A stretch of DNA of 45,272 nt from an uncultured Bifidobacterium sp. (GTDB lineage: Bacteria > Actinomycetota > Acidimicrobiia > Acidimicrobiales > Ilumatobacteraceae), in contig CAYXRQ010000001.1 in assembly GCA_964466765.1 (NCBI GenBank), positions 1-45,272 on the forward strand, given 5' to 3'. Every line of letters begins with the position of its first letter. Position 1 is the stretch's first letter. The notes under the pieces are model-generated. The model was not told where the DNA came from and made no database searches. It worked only from the letters and a program-made list of their open reading frames with translations. The position numbers and the translations under genes were made by a program. Below, piece after piece: positions 39,327-45,272 of this stretch.

Positions 39327-40934
39327 GTGACGGTGTACGTGCCCGAGGATTTCACTCCCGAAGAATCCGCCGTCCTGCGGCACTACTTCACGAACCTCGA
39401 CCTGCCTGTGTTCGCCTTGGTCAACCTCCCGGAGGTCGTGAAGGGAGCCTTGTTCGCGCGCTACAGCCGTTCGTCGAAGAGCCTGCGGCGGCTTTTCCTG
39501 GACGAGTTCCTCGGGGATCTCGAGGTGGGAGGTGACGAGGCTGTCGACGCCACCATCGGGCTGGACCGCGCGGAGTCGCTGTACGAGAAGGTCTTCTTCG
39601 AGTACGGGGATGACTCGGTGGCGCAGCTCGGCGGCGTCCACCTGGCCTGCGAGCAGTCGTCGAACATCCTCACGAAGATCCTCGAATGGGGACGCCTGAT
39701 GAGCTACCTGGAGCAGAGCACCCGCTACATCGCCTACGACGAGCGTCTCGGCGGCCGCTACCGGTACTACAGGGACCCCGACATCGTCGCCGGGCGGCAC
39801 GGGACGAGGTACGTGGGCGAGATGGACCGCATGTTCGACACCTACAGCAGGATGGCGGGCGCGGTGACCGACCACGTCCGCGCCACCGTGCCGAAGGAGA
39901 AGGGCGACAGCGATTTCGTGTGGCGCCAGGCCACGCGGGCCAAGGCCCTCGACGCTGTGCGCGGTGCGCTGCCGGCGGCATCCCTCTCGAACGTGGGCAT
40001 CTACGGGAGCGGCCAGGCGTTCGAGAACCTCCTGCTGCGGATGAGGGCCCACCCACTCCCTGAGGCACGTCACTATGCGGACATGATGCTCGCGGAGCTC
40101 CGCAAGGTGATACCGAGCTTCCTCCGCCGGGTCGACCTGGAGGACAGGGGAGTGGCGTGGTCCGGCTACCTCGAGTCCACGGCGTCAGGCACGCAGGCGC
40201 TCGCCGACCGCTTCTTCGGGGATGCGATCGCCACGGAGGTCCCGGAGGTGTCACTCGTCGATTTCGACCCCGACGGCGAGAACAAGATCGTCGCCGCCGC
40301 GCTGTACTCGCGCTCCCACCTGCCCGAGTCACAGATCCTCGCCGCGGTGGAGAAGATGTCGACCGCAGAGAAGACCGAGATCCTGTCGGCCTACGTGGGG
40401 GACAGGTCGAACAGGCGGCACAGGCCGGGCCGTGCCTTCGAGCGCACTGACTACAGGTTCGACATCCTGAGCGACTACGGCGCCTTCCGTGACCTGCAGC
40501 GGCACCGACTGCTCACGATCGAGTGGCAGCCCCTCACCCCGTACCACGGCTACACGAAGCCCGAGCTGGTGGTGGAGGCCGGCGTGGGTGCCGAGTTCGA
40601 CGACGTGATGGACCGCAGCCACGCACTCTTCGAGACGCTCGCACACGACTACCCGGACCAGGCGCCGTACGCGGTGTCCATGGCCTACAGGCTGCGCTAC
40701 GTGATGCAGTTCAACGCGAGGGAGGCGATGCACATGCTGGAACTGCGTTCCAGCCCCCAGGGCCACCCCGCGTACCGCCGCGTCGCCCTGGAGATGCACC
40801 GGTTGATCGCTGAGGAGGCCGGGCACCGTGCAGTTGCGGCCGCGATGAACCACATGACGACCGAGGCCCCGGAACTCGAACGACTCGCGTCGGAGCGCCA
40901 GGCCGAGCGCCGCCGCACCGACGGGCAGCGGTGA
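39327..40934 (+). CDS. tandem-domain ThyX-like (FAD-dependent thymidylate synthase family) protein
   Basis: 535 aa from the GTG at 39327. The N-half has a degenerate ThyX box (WGRLMSYLEQSTRY). The C-half has FRDLQRHRLLT and NAREAMHMLELRSSPQGHPAYR. Confidence 0.78.
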   Translation: MTVYVPEDFTPEESAVLRHYFTNLDLPVFALVNLPEVVKGALFARYSRSSKSLRRLFLDEFLGDLEVGGDEAVDATIGLDRAESLYEKVFFEYGDDSVAQLGGVHLACEQSSNILTKILEWGRLMSYLEQSTRYIAYDERLGGRYRYYRDPDIVAGRHGTRYVGEMDRMFDTYSRMAGAVTDHVRATVPKEKGDSDFVWRQATRAKALDAVRGALPAASLSNVGIYGSGQAFENLLLRMRAHPLPEARHYADMMLAELRKVIPSFLRRVDLEDRGVAWSGYLESTASGTQALADRFFGDAIATEVPEVSLVDFDPDGENKIVAAALYSRSHLPESQILAAVEKMSTAEKTEILSAYVGDRSNRRHRPGRAFERTDYRFDILSDYGAFRDLQRHRLLTIEWQPLTPYHGYTKPELVVEAGVGAEFDDVMDRSHALFETLAHDYPDQAPYAVSMAYRLRYVMQFNAREAMHMLELRSSPQGHPAYRRVALEMHRLIAEEAGHRAVAAAMNHMTTEAPELERLASERQAERRRTDGQR

Positions 40935-40972
40935 CGGGAGTCACTCGGTCCCGCTGAGATGCCGGGGCATTC

Positions 40973-41001
40973 GTGCCACCGGCCGTGAATGTGCGTAGTA
41001 T
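40973..41001 (+). promoter_or_regulatory. candidate sigma-A type promoter (-35 GTGCCA, 17-nt spacer, -10 TAGTAT)
   Basis: Read directly in the 96-nt gap upstream of the DUF4193 gene, followed by an AGGAGG Shine-Dalgarno at 41021-41026. Not experimentally supported. Confidence 0.3.
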
Positions 41002-41030
41002 CCGCCCGCGACCAGTCGCGAGGAGGACAT

Positions 41031-41474
41031 GTGGCCAAGGACGAAATCGAGCCCGACGACATCGACGAGGAACTCGAGATCGAGGAGGACGTCCTCGACC
41101 TGGACGAGGACTTCGAGGAGACCGCTCTCGACCTTGACGATGATTCCGCCGCGGTGGACGACGAGGACGAGTCCGATGTCGGCACCACCGTGGTCCGCAA
41201 GGCCGGCGAGGACGACGAGGACGACGAGGACATGCTCGCCCCCGACGACGTGGAGGCCGACCTGGACACGATCCTCAAGGACCGTCTCGCCAGCGAGGAC
41301 GTCGCCGCCGAGGACGAGGAAGAGGTGGAGACCGAGGACAGGTCGGGAGCGGACGATGCCCTCCAGCCGAAGCGCCCGGACGAGCTCCTGTGCTCCAGCT
41401 GCTTCCTGCTCGTGAGGAAGGGTGCACCGACCTGCCCGGTCGGTGACGACTCGTGCCCGATCTTCGCGAAGTGA
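41031..41474 (+). CDS. DUF4193-like acidic protein with C-terminal four-Cys zinc-ribbon
   Basis: GTG at 41031 after AGGAGG; 147 aa, extremely Asp/Glu-rich. It ends CSSCFLLVRKGAPTCPVGDDSCPIF. Confidence 0.8.
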   Translation: MAKDEIEPDDIDEELEIEEDVLDLDEDFEETALDLDDDSAAVDDEDESDVGTTVVRKAGEDDEDDEDMLAPDDVEADLDTILKDRLASEDVAAEDEEEVETEDRSGADDALQPKRPDELLCSSCFLLVRKGAPTCPVGDDSCPIFAK

Positions 41475-41656
41475 CCAAGCTCGTCTCGGGCACGCTCCGC
41501 GCCGCCGGCCAGGCCGTCAGCCGCCGCGCCGGCGAGATCAGGGCTCAGGCACCGGGAGCCCGGATGGTCGGGGAGTTCGCGGTGCGCTCGGGTGTCCGCG
41601 AGATCGCGAGGCGCCTCGGCGGTCGCGACAACAAGCCCGGCGGGCCGTCGGCGTGA
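41471..41656 (+). CDS. small hypothetical protein (61 aa, Arg/Gly/Ala-rich)
   Basis: It has GTGA overlaps with both neighbours. GC3 is about 92% in this frame, while the other plus-strand frame gives Arg-rich nonsense. No family recognised. Confidence 0.45.
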   Translation: MTKLVSGTLRAAGQAVSRRAGEIRAQAPGARMVGEFAVRSGVREIARRLGGRDNKPGGPSA

Positions 41657-42051
41657 TCGTCGTCCGGCCGGCACAGCCCGCTGATGCAGGCGTGCTTGCC
41701 GCGCACGACGAGGCGTCGGCCTCTGAGGCATCCGCCTACAGGGGCCGCCAGGAGCCCGTTGCGGGGGAGAGGGAGGCACTCGTCGCCGAGATCGACGGAG
41801 TGCTGATCGGATCGCTCACGTACACGACCGCGTCAGGGTCGTGGAACATCGTGCGCTGCTTCGTGGAGCCCGACTTCAGGGGAGTCGGTGCCGGTGACGC
41901 CCTCATGGGGCATTTCCTCACGTCGGCGCGCGCCGCGGGTGCTCATCGTGTCGGGGGCTCAGCGCTGCCCGGGGACCGGGCAACCAAGAACCTGTTCGAG
42001 CGCAACGGGCTCGTGGCCCGGCTGATCCTCGTGGAGCGCGAGCTCGACTGA
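41653..42051 (+). CDS. GNAT family N-acetyltransferase (short, 132 aa)
   Basis: Motif A region CFVEPDFRGVGAGDALMGHF and C-terminal NLFERNGL. The GTG start overlaps the upstream TGA. Confidence 0.8.
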   Translation: MIVVRPAQPADAGVLAAHDEASASEASAYRGRQEPVAGEREALVAEIDGVLIGSLTYTTASGSWNIVRCFVEPDFRGVGAGDALMGHFLTSARAAGAHRVGGSALPGDRATKNLFERNGLVARLILVERELD

Positions 42052-42091
42052 GCAGAGGTGCAGAACTCTCCGCGCCCTCAGTGCCGCGTCC

Positions 42092-42829
42092 TCAGCGGCC
42101 CTTCCAGTTCGGGGCGCGCTTCTCGATGAACGCGGTGAGACCCTCCTTGGTGTCCTCGGAGGACATCACCGCGGCCATCTCGGAGTTGCTCATCTTGATG
42201 AGATCCTCCTCCGTCCTGTCGGCCGAGGCGAGCACCACGCGCCTGCTCGCCTGCACCGCGAGCGGCGCAGCGGCGGCGACCTTCTCGGCGAGAGCGATGG
42301 CCTCCGCGAGCACTGCTTCCGGGGCGACGATCTTGTTGACCAGACCCAGCTCATAGGCACGCTGGACGGTGAGGGGCTCACCCGTGAGGATGACCTCGAG
42401 CGCCGGGGCCTTGCCGATGGCGCGGGGGAGACGGAAGAGCCCGCCGGCGGCCGCAATCAGGTTGCGCTTGACCTCGGCGAGGCCGAACGAGGAACGGTCC
42501 GATGCGACGACAAGGTCGGACGCAAGGACGATCTCGCACCCGCCCGCTGTCGCCAGTCCGTCGACAGCCGCGATGACGGGCTTCTTGCGGTCGCGGTAGA
42601 CGTATCCGGCGAACCCGCCCCGTTTCGTGCCCAGACCGCCGCCGCTCCCGGAGTTGATCGCCTTGAGGTCGGCTCCCGCACAGAACACGGGCGACTTGTG
42701 ACCCGTGGTGTTCGCAGTGAGCACGCCGACCCACACCCCGTCCTCTTCCTCGAGTCGGTCGATGGCTGCCTCCATGTCGGCGGCGAGCTCCCCGTTGACG
42801 GCGTTGCGCGCGTCAGGACGGTTGAGCAT
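42092..42829 (-). CDS. enoyl-CoA hydratase/isomerase family protein; the N-terminal 16 codons are cut off by an in-frame TAA (possible pseudogene)
   Basis: LNRPDARNAV, FCAGADLK and the C-terminal FIEKRAPNWKGR. Upstream in the same frame reads MGDFVTY-TAA-RRGAVAVIM, i.e. the expected N-terminus interrupted at 42854-42856. Confidence 0.8.
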   Translation of the reverse strand: MLNRPDARNAVNGELAADMEAAIDRLEEEDGVWVGVLTANTTGHKSPVFCAGADLKAINSGSGGGLGTKRGGFAGYVYRDRKKPVIAAVDGLATAGGCEIVLASDLVVASDRSSFGLAEVKRNLIAAAGGLFRLPRAIGKAPALEVILTGEPLTVQRAYELGLVNKIVAPEAVLAEAIALAEKVAAAAPLAVQASRRVVLASADRTEEDLIKMSNSEMAAVMSSEDTKEGLTAFIEKRAPNWKGR

Positions 42830-42933
42830 GATGACCGCGACTGCACCGCGGCGTTAGTAAGTGACGAAATCTCCCATGACGACACCGTAGTGGTGCCGGC
42901 CCGCAGGCTGCCCACCCGCGGGGCGGGGCCGGG

Positions 42934-44445
42934 TCAGAGGGTCTCTGCGCCGTCCTGTGCCGGGGCGTCCGGCGTCTCGTCGACCTGGCCAACGGGCTGC
43001 TCCACCGCAATGGGTGCGGGGGCCTCACCAGGAGTTTCCGGCATGGCGTCAGCAACAGCAGGCATGGCCGCAGCGACAGCGGGCTCGGTGTCGGCAGCCG
43101 CAGGCGCGGGCTCAGGTGCCGCAGGCACGGGATGTGCCGCGGGCGCGGATCCAGTACCGGAGGGACGGGGCTTTGCGTCGCGACGCGGTCCTCTGTCCGC
43201 ATTGCCGGCGGGGCGGTCGTTCTTGCCGTCGCCACGCTTGGCCTGCGGCTTGTCCTGGCGCTGCGGACGCAACGGACGCGGTGCGGGTGCCTTGGGGTCG
43301 ACGACGACGCCGTACAGCGCTGCGACCTGGGGCATCAACGGGCCGAGCCTCATCACGGTCTTCGTGAGCTCAGCGGACACGGTCGAGCTGGGCGAGACCG
43401 GGTTCACCTGCAGTCGCACCGGCGAGAAAGCAGCGGCCTCGAGCAGGGCGATCCAACGGTCCGCCGGGGCATCGATCGTGAGTGCTGCGGTGGTGGCCGC
43501 TGCGAGCTGGGCGGCGAGAGCCGCGGGGAACGGGACACCCGCCTTCGGCGGCTGCGACGAGAGCTTCAGTGCGCGCACGACGCGGCCGACGTTCGTGGCC
43601 GCCTGGATGTCGTCCAGCCAGTTCTTCGTCTCTTCGTCCTGGCGCCTCGTGAGGGCGGTCTTCATCGCCTCGACGAGCTGTCGGGTGCTCTCGTCACGGG
43701 CGATGACCGGGTCGTTCGATGCGACCACGATGGCGCGCAGGTCCCGGAGGTCGATCTCGGCGATGATGCGCTGGGCCCCCTCGGCCTTGTCGAGCCATTC
43801 CGCGACACGGAGTCGGGGGAGCAGCTGCTCGGCCATCTGCACCAGGCCGTCTGCCGGGATCTTCTCCTGGCCGGCGGCCACCGCGGCCTTGTTCTGCTGC
43901 TCCACGGCCGCACGCACGGCGGGCACCCCGCCCGACAGGACCTTCTCGGCGATGGCGCGCTGCGCCTCGGGCAGGTCCTTCAGGACTGCATCAACATGTG
44001 CGCGGCCCGCGCGGAGACGCTTGGCCTTCGGGCGCATGGGAAGTTCGGGCGGCGTCTCGAACTGGGGGCGGCGCGGACGCTGTGGACGGTCGGACTTCTC
44101 TCCGTCCTTGTTGGCCGGCCGGTCGCGGCGCGGGCCACGCTTGCCGTCGTCACGACGTTCCTTGCGGGCGAGCTTCTGCGTCACGGGCTCGAACGGCTTG
44201 TCGCTGGGGAGAATCTCGAGCAGGCCTGTGCGGGCAGTCTTCTGCTTGGTCGGCAGGATCGAGAGCACGCGCGTCCCGTCGAGATCAGTCTCGACCTCTG
44301 CGCGCAGGACGTCCTTCACCGATGCACCGGAGGGAACCACGGAGGACTCGACGACGCCCTTCGGCTCGCGCGCACCTGCGGCACGCCACGTCCAGGTGCC
44401 GTCCTCACGCTTGCTGGTCAGTTCGATCTCGATGCGCCGTGACAT
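42934..44445 (-). CDS. conserved hypothetical protein (small N-terminal domain, Arg/Lys-rich linker, helical core, Pro/Ala-rich tail)
   Basis: GC3-rich frame. I chose the ATG at 44443-44445 (MSRRIEIELTSKREDGTWTWRAAGA...); a GTG at 44481 is the alternative. No catalytic motif recognised. Confidence 0.68.
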   Translation of the reverse strand: MSRRIEIELTSKREDGTWTWRAAGAREPKGVVESSVVPSGASVKDVLRAEVETDLDGTRVLSILPTKQKTARTGLLEILPSDKPFEPVTQKLARKERRDDGKRGPRRDRPANKDGEKSDRPQRPRRPQFETPPELPMRPKAKRLRAGRAHVDAVLKDLPEAQRAIAEKVLSGGVPAVRAAVEQQNKAAVAAGQEKIPADGLVQMAEQLLPRLRVAEWLDKAEGAQRIIAEIDLRDLRAIVVASNDPVIARDESTRQLVEAMKTALTRRQDEETKNWLDDIQAATNVGRVVRALKLSSQPPKAGVPFPAALAAQLAAATTAALTIDAPADRWIALLEAAAFSPVRLQVNPVSPSSTVSAELTKTVMRLGPLMPQVAALYGVVVDPKAPAPRPLRPQRQDKPQAKRGDGKNDRPAGNADRGPRRDAKPRPSGTGSAPAAHPVPAAPEPAPAAADTEPAVAAAMPAVADAMPETPGEAPAPIAVEQPVGQVDETPDAPAQDGAETL

Positions 44446-44516
44446 AGGGGCAATACGGTACCTGTTCGGGAGCCCCGTCACCCTCCCCGCGGGCCTGTGA
44501 TTGCTACGGTTCGGGC

Positions 44517-45035
44517 ATGCCGATCTATGCCCTCGGTGACCAGGTGCCGGTCATCCATCCCGACGCGTTCGTCCACCCCGATGCGGTGATCATCGGCTCC
44601 GTCACGATCGGGGCCCAGAGCAGCGTGTGGGCCGGGGCCGTGATGCGGGGCGACGACGGTTACATCGAGGTCGGCGAGCGATCGAGCATCCAGGACGGCA
44701 CCGTGGTGCACACCACACCCTTCACCCCCACGATCGTCGGGAACGACTGCGTCGTCGGCCACGTCGCGCACCTCGAGGGGTGTCGCCTGGAGGACTTCAG
44801 CCAGGTGTCGTCCGGGGCGATCGCCCTCCACAACGCGGTCATCGGGCGCGGCGCGATTGTCGCGGCGAACTCCGTCGTGCTGAACAACATGGTGGTCCCT
44901 GCCGGTGCGTTGGCGGTGGGGGCACCGGCGGTCATCAAGGAGGGGCGCGCGCGGCTCGCCGACATCGAGCTGGCCGTGAACGCATACGTCGCGAAGACCG
45001 CGCGGTTCAAGAAGGAACTCCGCCGTATTGACTGA
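44517..45035 (+). CDS. gamma-class carbonic anhydrase / hexapeptide-repeat (LbH) family protein
   Basis: Left-handed beta-helix hexapeptide repeats, with VIHPDAFVHPDAVIIGSVTIG, the SIQDGTVVH histidine region and a C-terminal helix; 172 aa. Confidence 0.88.
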   Translation: MPIYALGDQVPVIHPDAFVHPDAVIIGSVTIGAQSSVWAGAVMRGDDGYIEVGERSSIQDGTVVHTTPFTPTIVGNDCVVGHVAHLEGCRLEDFSQVSSGAIALHNAVIGRGAIVAANSVVLNNMVVPAGALAVGAPAVIKEGRARLADIELAVNAYVAKTARFKKELRRID

Positions 45036-45272
45036 GCCGGACGGCTGGACCCTCGCCGAGTTCCTGGTCCCCAGCGAGCTCGCCGAGGTCGTCAGCGACA
45101 TGCTCTGGGCAGGGGGAGTGGCGGCAGTCGAGGAGTCAGTCTCCGGCGAGTGCGTGGTGCTCCGCACGAGCGTCGACAAATCGGTCGTGGCGGCGATCAC
45201 CGGGAGGCACCCCGGCGTCAGCGTGACCGAGGTGCGGGTGAGTTCCTCCGTCGCCGACACCTGGCGCGAGCA
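45028..45272 (+). CDS. hypothetical protein, N-terminal fragment (PrmA-like N-terminus; 3' end lies outside the window)
   Basis: Open GC3-rich frame from the TTG at 45028 to the window edge. GWTLAEFLVPSELAEVVSDMLWAGGVAAVEE resembles the N-terminal domain of L11 methyltransferase-like proteins. The start and the family call are tentative. Confidence 0.4.
   Translation, partial: MTEPDGWTLAEFLVPSELAEVVSDMLWAGGVAAVEESVSGECVVLRTSVDKSVVAAITGRHPGVSVTEVRVSSSVADTWRE

Noticed and set aside
41471-42051. Confident call of a GNAT-type toxin-antitoxin module
   Set aside because: The gene layout fits, but the GNAT is much shorter than known TacT/AtaT toxins and the upstream ORF shows no RHH/DUF1778 features. 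I kept it only as a low-confidence hypothesis in the findings.
42698-44500. 600-aa plus-strand ORF opposite the 503-aa hypothetical protein
   Set aside because: Its translation is Ser/Ala/Arg/Gly low-complexity. The minus-strand frame has the GC3 bias and a structured sequence, so I called the minus strand.

Overview
High-GC (GC3 about 90% in the coding frames I checked), very gene-dense chromosomal core region of an actinobacterium; I cannot place it below phylum level. About 97% of the window is coding. I found no rRNA, tRNA, CRISPR array, transposase, integrase or recognisable defence genes. The centrepiece is a complete, compact Pup-proteasome operon, arc-dop-pup-prcB-prcA-pafA (26.1-32.4 kb). 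It is followed by lepB, an antisense glycerophosphodiesterase, tatB-like/tatC and helY. Other blocks are guaB1-cmk-plsC, mobA-rnd, typA, a minus-strand string of desaturase-nagA-tkt-tal-LOG with a divergent TetR gene, an ADP-forming acyl-CoA synthetase, PBP4, trmI, an M20 amidohydrolase, a tandem-domain ThyX-like protein, and a DUF4193 / small ORF / GNAT cassette. Enoyl-CoA hydratase paralogues sit at both ends of the window. Many genes are linked by GTGA/ATGA start-stop overlaps. Several divergent gene pairs have almost no intergenic DNA, which suggests leaderless mRNAs. I do not see a clearly novel system. The points most worth a second look are the fused double ThyX-like protein next to DUF4193, the coupled DUF4193 / 61-aa ORF / mini-GNAT cassette, an in-frame TAA at codon 8 of an otherwise intact enoyl-CoA hydratase, a perfect 18-bp palindrome between the TetR and desaturase genes, an orphan DAG-kinase-accessory-like ORF coupled to helY, and the GGE-type Pup with Dop retained but no PafBC nearby. 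All family assignments come from motifs read by eye. Start codons are my best choices and several are uncertain.
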